Assembly: GCF_001194135.2 (NCBI RefSeq)
Contig: NC_068983.1
Span: forward strand, 15,094,081-15,141,793
Reading direction: 5' to 3'
DNA length: 47,713 bases
Source: Octopus bimaculoides
Taxonomy: Eukaryota
In this document: in pieces, positions 37,811 through 47,713 of the stretch
How positions within the stretch are numbered: the stretch's first letter is position 1
Layout of the letters: each line of letters starts with the position of its first letter
Notes under the pieces: model-generated
The model's database searches: none
What the model was told of the DNA's origin: nothing
What the model saw: only the letters and a program-made list of their open reading frames with translations
Position numbers and translations under genes: made by a program

Positions 37811-38055
37811 TGTGTGTATGTGTGTGTGTGTGTGTGTGTTTGTGTGTCTGTGTTTGTCCTCCTAGCATTACTTGACAACCGATGCTGGTGTGTTTACGTC
37901 CCCGTCACTTAGCGGTTCAGCAAAAGAGACCGATAGGATAAGTACTAGGCTTACAAAGAATAAGTCCCGGGGTCGATTTGCTCGACTAAAGGCGGTACTC
38001 CAGCATGGCCGCAGTCAAATGACTGAAATAAGTAAAAGAGTAAAAGAGTAAAAGA
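37811..38055 (+). mobile_element. SINE family B, 3' half
   Basis: tgtgtttgtcc..gacaaccgatgctggtgtgtttacgtccccg..(gtaaaaga) x3. Confidence 0.9.
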
Positions 38056-38559
38056 GACCGATCACGTGAAATTATTATGATTTGCGCGTGATGTATACTG
38101 GTTACCTGAAAGCTCGATTTCGAATCACCACTACACAAAAGCTCTCTCCCTGCGTATGTAAAATCTGAGCGAAGAAATACATATGTGAAAGTATTCAATG
38201 AAAGCAATATTACATTCATTCAAATATCCACAGTCCTAAGTTTAATATCACACATGATATTGGGTTATAATTATGAATAAAATCTTGATAATGAAACTAG
38301 AAAATTCAACAGAAGTTGATGATGACATATTTGGGAACGTCACATGTTTTTTATTCGAAATTAACTGCTAGCAAAATTCATATATAAATATGATGAAAGC
38401 ACTAATAAAAATCATTAATCAGAACAGGGCCGTGTTTTCATTGCATAACATGTAAAAGAAAATATTTCCCGAATATATGTGCGTATATGTGTGTGTCAGT
38501 ATATCTGTGTGCCTATGTAAATGGGTGTATATGCTTACGTGCTTGCTTCCGAACATCAT

Positions 38560-38595
38560 CTGATGACGTGGACATGCTCAATGTCACGAAATGTT
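38560..38595 (+). ncRNA. Partial hammerhead-like core
   Basis: CUGAUGA c gu(g)gaca-ugcucaa-uguc ac GAAA uguu: canonical core with a 6-bp bulged stem II; stems I and III not satisfied. Confidence 0.3.
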
Positions 38596-38791
38596 TAACA
38601 ATGCAGAGCTGAATCGATGTATGGTATTTGATAGATATAAATTCGTCCATACATTTTGTGTGTTGCTATAGATGACTCAATGTCGCTTATTTTTCTATAT
38701 ATTGCGAGCTAGAGCGAACGACTGCCATCTCTAGCAGACAGGTGTCCAGTACTGACGATGAGCAAAAAAAGCAAAAAAAAAAATCAAAAAA

Positions 38792-38895
38792 AAAAATCAA
38801 CGATAAGAAAGGCACTTACGAATTCATCGGCTAGGTGAGATGCCTGAACTCACTAGCCGATGAATTCGTAAGTGCCTTTCTTATCGTTGATTTTT
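38792..38895. repeat. Perfect 43-bp inverted repeat with 18-nt spacer
   Basis: aaaaatcaacgataagaaaggcacttacgaattcatcggctag (38792-38834) and its exact reverse complement at 38853-38895. Confidence 0.95.
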
Positions 38896-39192
38896 GGCGT
38901 CGCATGGCCAAAAATTACCGTGAATTTTTTTTTAGAGACACTTTCAAATTTATCAGAATATTTGGGCTGAAGATTGGAATAGTGAAATTTCCATTCACTT
39001 AACCATGAAACGATTCGTATCCAATTAACTAAAGGCTTGGTTTGTTTACGCTTTTCCCTCCGGTTTTTTGTTCTATGTGTGCCATAAATATCGCCATCCG
39101 CTTTAGAGAAAAATTTGTAGTTTGGAATCAGTAGTTCTTTGACTGCTATTTCTNNNNNNNNNNNNNNNNNNNNNNNNNNNNNNNNNNNNNNN

Positions 39193-39230
<38 letters not shown>

Positions 39231-39237
39231 AAGAGAG

Positions 39238-39301
<64 letters not shown>

Positions 39302-39407
39302 GAAATATAAAATTTTCAGGCTCCGATGGAAACAAGGTATTTAAAGAACGAAGGCACCAAGGTAAAGTCGGGGAAACAGCTGTAGTGAACCTCAGCCCAT
39401 CTGTGTT

Positions 39408-39443
<36 letters not shown>

Positions 39444-40429
39444 CAGAGAGAGAGAGAGAGAGAGATCTATGTATATGCGTATTTGTGCGTGTGTGTGTAT
39501 GTATGTGTGTGTGAATATGCTTGTCCATAAATGTATGCTTGTGCAAGTAAGCCTTACCCTTTTGTCACAGTTGGTATTTGCTCTCGGCGTAAAGAGTAGC
39601 ATTACAAGCAGTATTTACTGCCTCTGTTTCAAGACGTGGAATGGCGGGTCAGATAATGTAACATCAGCAAACAGCCAAAATAAATAAATGAAAGAAAACA
39701 AATACACAAAAAGCAAAAAACGAAATAAAAAAGATTCCTGTACATCGCAAAGAAATGCTGATATCAATAACTTGTTCTTATCAAATTTAGCATTCCGGTG
39801 AGATTACAGTTGGGAAATATAAATGTATTACAGAGCATGAAATTGTTCATAGTTCCTGCTACGAAGCCTGATCCGGTGTTTTGTAACAAAAGGCAAATAA
39901 ATAATGATTGTAATTTATTTATTTACTTATTTATGACACAATGTTTTTTTGTTTTTTTAGTTTTGAGCCTTGCTTTGTTTTACGTTTTGTGTTTTCTGTT
40001 GGGGTCTTGGTTGATTATTTTGGACCTATGCAAACTCAAACTCGCTTTTATTTATTATTTTTTATTTATATTAACTGTTTTCTTTTGTTCTGCTTTGCAG
40101 TTTTTCTAGACGGTTTGTGGTTCTTCCAGCAACAAGAATTTTGTTATTAACCAGCAGCATTCTAGAATTGATTTCGGCAATCAGTTCTAGACAAGACAAC
40201 GAAGAAGTTTCCATGTGGTCCCTCGACCTCTTAGAAACAGCAACCAAATATTTTCCCAATCATTGACTAAAGTATTAAAGAAAGGAGGACGAATTGGTTA
40301 TTGTTATTCTAGAGTGAATTTCATGAATTCCAATAAGTTTGAATGTCACGAAGGAGAGGCGAACCCTGACAATTTAGCCCTGACTCTTTTTCTGGTAGAA
40401 TATCAGGTTAATGTAACCCTAGTTATAAA

Positions 40430-40600
40430 GCAGTGAGAATGTCCTCCGGTTCTTTACATTGTCAGTTCAGATCCCACCGGGTCAATTTTGCCTTTCATCT
40501 CTTTAGAGTCGATTAAATAAAGTAATCAGTCAAGTACTGGAGTCGATGCGATCGGCTTCTTCGATTCCCTTAAAATTTATAATCTTGAACCCTACGTCCT
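40430..40600 (+). mobile_element. Diverged SINE A
   Basis: agttcagatcccaccgggtcaattttgcctttcatctctttagagtcgattaaa. Confidence 0.7.
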
Positions 40601-40716
40601 CTTCAGGGGGAATTTTGGGATCTCGATCATTTATTTACCATGGAACTCGAATAACTAGCCTTCTATGATCTAAGACTCGAAATAAAAATCATAGTTAGTA
40701 AAAACAAAATGAGGAC

Positions 40717-40800
<84 letters not shown>

Positions 40801-41104
40801 TACATATCTGTCCACTGCTGAATGTATTCCTTTTAATGCCAGAAGGGTTTTAGTCATTCTACTGTCACGTGGACAGTGCTGCGTTAATTTTACGCTGGTT
40901 GATCAGACGCTATGTCAGGTTCAGCTCTCATTTTCCTCAGTTAAGTAGATTGGTGCAGCCTGGCGCAAATTTTGTTGTACTTGAGAACAACACGCCTATC
41001 GAACTGTTGATGGAATCCATGAACTTAATTAGATTCAATACCTGAATCCTATAGATATCTACCTGTAGATAGTTATCCACAGAATAAGACATAGGTAAGG
41101 TGCA

Positions 41105-41240
41105 AAACTGGTTGAGGCGTTAGAGTGTTGGATAAAGGCTTCTCAGTATTAATTTCGACTATATGAGTTCAAATCCCACCAAGATCAACAATTTCCTTTT
41201 ATCCTTTCAAGGGCGATAAAAGGGACCAATTCAGGGCGTT
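41105..41240 (+). mobile_element. Diverged SINE A
   Basis: gagttcaaatcccaccaagatcaac..ttttatcctttcaagggcgataaa. Confidence 0.6.
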
Positions 41241-41299
41241 AGAGCGCTGAATAGGAGGGTGTTTTGCAATATCTGTTTCGTCTTTCTCCTCATTCTGTA

Positions 41300-41640
41300 A
41301 ACGACGCCTGCGATGAAACTTGTTCCCATGTGTATCGGCCTTAAGGAGACAGCCTTTTTTCCTGGACAACATTCCTGGTGGCCGTGGCAAAACGCGGCAA
41401 ATCCATAGTCAATACAGACCGACGGAGACCCTTCATGAAGCGTGTTTGCAAAAGATACACCGAAGGGCTGTAGTTTGGGAGTGGAGAGTTTGTGCGAGGT
41501 GTTCTGTGCGGGTTCTCCAAAGGAAGAGAGTACGATTGATGAGACCGATAGACACAACATACTACACAGTTTCGTACTTCAAAAGGTGATAGAATACATG
41601 AAAAGTGTGTATGAAATGGGGATTGTAGCGTGTTGGTGAG
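41300..41640 (+). pseudogene. Possible decayed L1/Tx1 ORF2 C-terminal remnant
   Basis: GC-richer island; with frameshifts it reads FLVAVAK..LQRKRVR..FKR*, in the order expected for Tx1-type C-termini (recalled pattern, not aligned). Confidence 0.3.
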
Positions 41641-42234
41641 TCCTCTTTATTCATCAACCTCATGGCATTCGTTTGGATACGATCCAGAAATTGTGTGTGC
41701 TTTCCAAGAACGGCACAGTATATATAGGAATAATAGCTCCAAAGTATGCCTCACCTGCCCCTTGAAGTGTAATTTTTTTTCTAACGTTGTTTTCCTTAAC
41801 TCATCAAATATCGTCAGATGTTGTGAGTCCTATCCTTTGTCATGATTTTGAAAATTAAACTGTAATCTATCTATCTATCTATCTATCAAACTCTAGTATA
41901 TACATGTACACGCATCGCATATATTTCGTACCAAAATGGGGGCAAAAAGCATACAATCGGCTTCACTGCTTCATTTCGAAAAGATACGAATTTGGTGCCG
42001 ACGATGTAATAGAATAGAGTTGGTTAAATATATGAATATTCTATTTGTTCTGTCTTCCATATTTTACTGCGCAACAACACCTCCCATTTATATGCAATAA
42101 GCAAAGAAAAATTACTAGTTTGAATTCAAAGCTAGTATTTTTTTCCCTTTAAGTTTGATACCAGGCAAACTTTTCTACCAATTCTTTCCGATGCTTTAAA
42201 TGTTGTGCAATTAGCTGTGTGTGCTGTCCCGACA

Positions 42235-42626
42235 TGTGGAGGCGAAATGGTCCATTGGTTAGGGCAGCAGACTCGCGGTCATAAGATCGCGGTTTCGATT
42301 CCCAGACCGGGCGTTGTGAGTGTTTATTGAGCGAAAACACTTAAAGCTCCACGACGCTCCGGCAGGGGATGGTGGCGAACCCTGCTGTACTCTTTCACCA
42401 CAACTTTCTCTCACTCTTACTTCCTGTTTCTGTTGTGCCTGTAATTCAAAGGGTCAGCCTTGTCACGCTGTGTCACGCTGAATATCCCCGAGAACTACAT
42501 TAAAGGGTACACGTGTCTGTGGAGTGCTCAGCCACTTCCATGTTAATTTCACGAGCAGGCTGTTCCGTCGATCGGATCAACTGGAACCTTCGACGTCGTA
42601 AGCGACGGAGTGCCAACAACAAAAAC
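42235..42626 (+). mobile_element. SINE family C, full length, 12-bp TSD
   Basis: TSD gctgtcccgaca at 42223-42234 and 42627-42638; tRNA-like head (tggtccattggttagggcag..ggtttcgattccc); (AAC)n tail. Confidence 0.92.
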
Positions 42627-42701
42627 GCTGTCCCGACAAATCTCCCAAAGATGTCATTCATTGCTAATGTTTCTTTTATTGGTACCAGTTCCCTAATATT
42701 T

Positions 42702-42826
42702 ATTTCTTTATCGCTCACTAGAGACTAAACGCAGAGTGGACAAACAAGGACGGACAAAGGGATTAAGTCGATTACATCGACCCCAGTGCGTAACTGGTAC
42801 TTATTTAATCAACCCTGAAGGGATGA
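42702..42826 (-). mobile_element. 5'-truncated SINE A with 18-bp TSD
   Basis: TSD accagttccctaatattt at 42684-42701 and 42827-42844. Confidence 0.9.
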
Positions 42827-43932
42827 ACCAGTTCCCTAATATTTTCATACTCACCATGTGAATAAACTACAACTTGTTCTACAATTACATCCTTACTTTC
42901 ATCAATTGTTACAGAAAATATCTTAAACGACTTCACTTTATTTTGGGCCTGACTATTAAGATGTTCTGGTAATTCGTTAGTTCTTTCTACGACTCAATTT
43001 CTTAACAATTTTGTCTGTAAAGCCTTGGTGGTTTTTCAGACAAATATTTTCTTTCACTACCAAATATACATTCTTTATAAGATTCTTTTCTAAAATGGTT
43101 TCAATGAAACAACTTTTTACATAGGTAATCTTATAACTTACCTTACCTTTAACATCTCTGACATCATGAACATGTTAAATACTTATTACAAGTTTTTAAA
43201 CGACTTCAACTTCTTCAATTTGTCTTCGCGTAGCTTTCTTCCATATTCACTATATTTCGAAGCATAAATACTTGTATAACATCTTTAAATATTATAATCT
43301 CTCACTACAGTTAAATATTGCGCACTAATCAAATATGTTGGCTTTCCATTTACTTCAACGAAAATCTACTAGATATTCCACTTTTCCTGTATAACATGGC
43401 ACACTTCATTAACTACTCTTCACTAAGAAAACACGAAGGTGTTAAAATTAAAATCAATTTACTTGGATATCTGGAACGTCTCGCCTACTTCGAGAGATAA
43501 TACAAGCACTTTAGTTCTTCTGTATAGCTTTCTTCTTGTACATTTGTATCTCTCTCCGTTTGTTTAAACATGGTCACGTATTAAAACTAATCTCTACTGA
43601 GAACTGGTGGCAATGTAGCATCACTCAAATGATTAGTTTTCTACTAATAATTCTGCTTCTGCATATTTACTTTTAGTACTTTTAAATTAGCCAACAGTTA
43701 CAAAGGACGTGGAGTAATTATAAACACAGAACACTTCGAGGCTTCCTCACAGTCTTATGATTGCTTCGGCTGGCGTGTTTTCAGGTGATTTACGTTCAGA
43801 TTAACCTTGGCTAATGTTATGCGAATAAAATTTTAAATATAGAAAAATCAATATTTCTCTTAGAATTAAAAAAAAAAATACATTGATTATTTTTTCTAGT
43901 TTGTTGCAAGACCTTTCTAAAGCACAAGATAT

Positions 43933-44317
43933 TGTTGTTGGCACTCCGTCGCTTACGACGTCGAGGGTTCCAGTTGATCCGATCAACGGAACAGCCTGCT
44001 CGTGAAATTAACGTGCAAGTGGCTGAGCACTCCACAGACACGTGTGCCCTTAACGTAGTTCTCAGGGATATCCAGCGTGACACAATGTGACAAGGCTGGC
44101 CCTTTGAAATACAGGTACAATAGAAACAGGAAGAAAGAGTGAAAGAAAGTTGTGGTGAAAGAGTACAGCAGGGTTCGCCACCATCCCCTGCCGGAGCCTC
44201 GTGGAGCTTTAGGTGTTTTCGCTCAATAAACACTCACAACGCCCGGTCTGGGAATCGAAACCCTGATCCTATGACCGCGAGTTTGCTGCCCTAACCACTG
44301 GGCCATTGCGCCTACAC
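43933..44317 (-). mobile_element. SINE family C, full length, 14-bp TSD
   Basis: TSD aaagcacaagatat at 43919-43932 and 44318-44331. Confidence 0.92.
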
Positions 44318-44914
44318 AAAGCACAAGATATAACCGAAACAACGATTGCATCGAGAAGCGCTTGTAAAAAGATAATGGGCCACAAGTATGAAACTACAGA
44401 TCTAGAGACTCTCAGAAGGACGAATGAAAAAAGCACATAGACATTTTTTTTCACTTATCTTAGTTGTCCAATTCCATCGGTATTGAAATCAACTATTGAA
44501 CTACGTCTGTTAACCATGAAATAGTCTCAACTTTATATTAAACTCATTTCAACTCTATTAACGCTTTACATAATTCTATTATATGACATGAAACGGTAAA
44601 TTTAATAAGAAGCAATTATTGATTTCAAGAATTTGCTGCACTGGCAGAAACAGCTGGAACACAGACTGCCAATAATGTGTTATTTCATGCTTGAAATGTT
44701 GAGAATAAATATTATATAATGTGATATGAAAACATTATTCTTATTCCTGTTATTGGTTCTAAACATACTGAAGTCAATTTTAGGTTTCAACCACCTCGGG
44801 GTACGATAAGATGAGTAACAGACAAGTACAGATCAATGTGGGGAACAATGTCCTTTCCCAAACAATGAGACCGTGTGCTTACATCACACATTTTCATTAT
44901 TATTATTATTATCA

Positions 44915-45600
44915 GAAAGGCGGCGGACCGGCAGAATCGTCAGCATGCTGCGCAAAATGCTTAGCGGCATTTCGTCCGTTTTTACGTTCCGAGTTCGAAT
45001 TCCGCAGAGGTCGATTTTACCTTTCATCTTTTGGAGGTCAATAAAATAAGTATCAGACAAGGACTGGGGTCAATGTGATTGACTTGCCCCGCTGCCACAA
45101 ACTTTCAGGCTTTGTAGAAAAGATTATTATTGTCATCAGAAAAGCGACGTACAAGCAGAAGCGTAAACACGCCGGGCCAAATGCTTAGTGGCATTTTTGC
45201 CCGTTTTACGTTCTGAGTTCAAATTTCGTCGAGGTTGACGTTAGCTTTCATCCTTTCGGGGGTCAATAAAATAAGTACCAGTTAAGTATTTGGGTCTATG
45301 TAAACGACTTCCCTCCTCCCCTGAAATGGCTGACCCCGAGACAAAATCTGAAACCACTTATTATCATTATCAGACTTGCGACTAAGGTGCCGTGCTGGCA
45401 GTGTCATGACCGCGCAGGACATAATGCTTAGTGACATTAACTTCCGGATTTTTACGCATTTTGTTCAAATAGCTCTGTGGTCAACTACGGCTTATACATT
45501 TTCGGAGTTGATAAAATAAAGTACCAGTCAAGCCCTGAGTGTTAATGCAATCATTTGGCTCTCTTCCATCAACATTTCTACCAAAATTAGAAAGAATTGT
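44915..45600 (+). mobile_element. Three SINE A monomers in direct orientation
   Basis: Copies at ~44915-45125, 45140-45360 and 45385-45600, separated by short (TAT) spacers. Confidence 0.85.
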
Positions 45601-45979
45601 ATGTTTTGCTGCTGAGAGGAAAATGTTTAAACAAGATTTTCTGAGCATCATCTAAAATTGAAATAACTGCCGAGGGGCGAACACTCTGAAAATCTCTGGC
45701 TGGCCTTAAAATCACTGGTGCAGGAGCGAGGTGGGGGTATACCCGTTCTATTACCGAAGCCACAGAGAAATCTACTAGATTGTGTTGCAGAAAGAGCAGT
45801 GACCCATAGTTTCTTGCTACTGAGATGCAAACCCGGGATTTTCATTGAAGTTGGCTGGGTCAAGTGGAGAAAGGGGTTTGAGGATCAAATCCCGGAAAAC
45901 CTGTAGACCTAAGGAATATTCCTGATGATGCACACTGCTAATTCCAAGAAATATATTTTCAAACCTAATCTTCTATTAA

Positions 45980-46515
45980 TCTAGCCCCGATAAATAAAGT
46001 ACTAGTTAAGTTGATGTAATCGACTGTTACTCCTCGCCCAAAGATTTATGGTCTTGTCCTTAAATTTAGAATTTATATATTTTTTCTATTCTAGGCACAA
46101 GGCCCGAAATTTTTTGGGAGGGGGGGCCAATAGATTAGATCAACCCCAGTACGCAGCTGGTACCTAATTTATCGACCCCGAAAGGATAAGAGGCAAGGTC
46201 GACCTGGGCGGAACTTGAACTCAGAACGTAACGGCAGACGAAATACCGCTAAGCATTTCGCCCGGCGTGCTAACGTTTCTCATTTCTTTATTGCCCACTA
46301 GGGGCTACACACAGAGGGGACAAACAAGGACAGAGAAACGGATTAAGTTGATTACATCGACCCCAGTGCGTAACTGGTACTTATTTAATCGACCCCGAAA
46401 GGATGAAAGATAAAGTCACCCTCGGCGGAATTTGAATTCAGAATGTAATGGCAGACGAAATATTGCTAAGCATTTCGCCCGACGTCCAAACGTTTCTACC
46501 AGCTCGCCGCCTTTT
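45980..46515 (-). mobile_element. SINE A dimer plus diverged tail fragment
   Basis: Two monomers joined at cgtgctaacgtttctcatttctttattgccc. Confidence 0.88.
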
Positions 46516-47469
46516 GGAATTTAGATATTAATACACGTATTCCTACATTTATAAAATGTGCTCGACGCTAAGGGAGGTAACCCAAATAGTAAGAGATAAT
46601 TGAGAGTTGTGGTAGTGGTTTTGGCTAAGACATCAGCGTCGATTATTATAGTAATTGTAGTGAGGGAGACAGCGGCGATGACGTTAGTATTGATAATGGT
46701 CAGTGTGGAAAGTTTGAGAGATAGAGTGGGGCAGGGAGTAGAACAGGATTTTAAGAAAATAATCACCCCATCTCTATTTCTGTCTTCCTGCATTCACCAT
46801 TATAAACAACAACATCGACGAAGTGGTCACCCCCACCGATGACAACGTTGTCGCTATTACCATAAAACATTTTAACCCGTAATGCATTAAAAAGAAACGT
46901 ATTAAATGTAGCGTCATACAGAGTCAAAAATGCATATCATGAATATTTCAGCTCAAGCTTACTTCCATTCGGTATATGCAATAACAGTAATATGTAATCT
47001 GTGCATCATACATAATGTATATACTTTGTTGAAAGGCAAGTCACACTCGTTCCATTTTATATCTTGTTGTTTTTTTGTTTTTTAACACAGTACGTCGACA
47101 TGAGATGTTATCTCTTGGACAAATATCGCAGTAACTTGAATTTCGATTGAATTTTACTGTGAGGCTATATTACAAATAAAAAAAAAAACAGTAGCTTATT
47201 TATTTATTCTTACTATAAGTCTTGAGTTGACAAAATGGAAATTGTATGAAAGCTCCTACAAACGAGGGTTAATGTTGTAATCGTTTGGTCCGGAACTCCG
47301 GTTCTAATAAAGCTATATGTGTATATGTGTGCGCGTCTTGTGTGTGTTTTGTGCGTGTTGATTTGTGAGTGTACTTTGTGTGTATATTGTGCAGGTGTGT
47401 GGTGTGCTTTATTTGTGTGCTTTGTGTGTGTGTGTATGTATGTTGTGTGTGTATGGATACCTACATATC

Positions 47470-47530
47470 AAGGCGGTGACCCAGCATGGCCACATTCTAA
47501 TGACTGACTGAAACAAGTAACAGATAAAAG
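47470..47530 (+). mobile_element. SINE B 3' terminus
   Basis: aaggcggtgacccagcatggccac..tgactgaaacaagtaa. Confidence 0.75.
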
Positions 47531-47531
47531 C

Positions 47532-47572
<41 letters not shown>

Positions 47573-47666
47573 ATATGGGAGAATATACAAAAAATAACAA
47601 CAGACGAGGACAGGTGGTGTAAATAACAAAAGTATATATTAGTATGACGCTCGGGAATACGGAAAG

Positions 47667-47703
47667 TCTTTGACGTTTCGAGCTACGCTCTTCAACAGAA
47701 AGA
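47667..47703 (-). ncRNA. Minimal type I hammerhead-like motif (A6U variant) in a putative Penelope-like terminal repeat
   Basis: Minus strand: ucuuu CUGUUGA a gagc-gua-gcuc GAAAC GUC aaaga; 5-bp stem I, 4-bp stem II, loopless ACGU palindromic stem III. Confidence 0.55.
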
Positions 47704-47713
47704 ATACGGAGAC

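Larger units (their letters stand above)
4325..39192. other. Span containing 11 assembly gaps (N runs)
   Basis: Gaps begin near 4325, 6383, 13602, 15223, 22411, 26612, 28257, 34210, 36003, 37564 and 39154; most abut microsatellites. Confidence 0.99.
42010..43430 (-). pseudogene. hAT transposase remnant (Buster/Charlie; GTF2IRD2/EPM2AIP1-like), split by two SINEs
   Basis: Minus-strand translation: VNEVCHVIQEKWN..FVEVNGKPTYLI..VVRDYNI*RCY..ASKYSEYGRKLREDKLKKLKS; KVKSFKIFSVTIDESKDV (DESTD motif); ELVPIKETLAMNDIF; IGRKVCLVSNLK; EVL.RSK, collinear after removing the SINEs. Confidence 0.85.

Noticed and set aside
4205-37878. Long ORFs of X, YI, HT, VCM, poly-M/I/N in the ORF track
   Set aside because: They are read-through of N gaps and microsatellites, not genes.
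42235-42310. tRNA-like sequences (also 29433, 19278 and others)
   Set aside because: These are SINE heads with A/B-box-like motifs continuing into SINE bodies, not stand-alone tRNA genes.

Overview
Eukaryotic, AT-rich, repeat-saturated scaffold segment with 11 N-gaps. The SINE families and dense (TA)n/(CA)n/(TACA)n/(GATA)n/(AAT)n tracts look like an octopus genome; this is recalled pattern, not a database result. No host protein-coding gene is confidently recognisable, and most ORF-track entries are microsatellite or N-gap artefacts. Supported content: dozens of copies of three tRNA-derived SINE families, several with exact target-site duplications (TSDs); pseudogenised transposon ORFs (L1/Tx1 ORF1, RTE 3' end, mariner N-terminus, and a Buster/Charlie-type hAT transposase split by two SINEs); MITE/foldback elements; a Helentron-like element; two minisatellites. 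The most interesting signals are 4-5 dispersed minimal hammerhead-ribozyme-like motifs with non-canonical cores, two associated with inverted repeats, and a perfect 43-bp-stem hairpin at 38792-38895. Element boundaries without TSDs are approximate.
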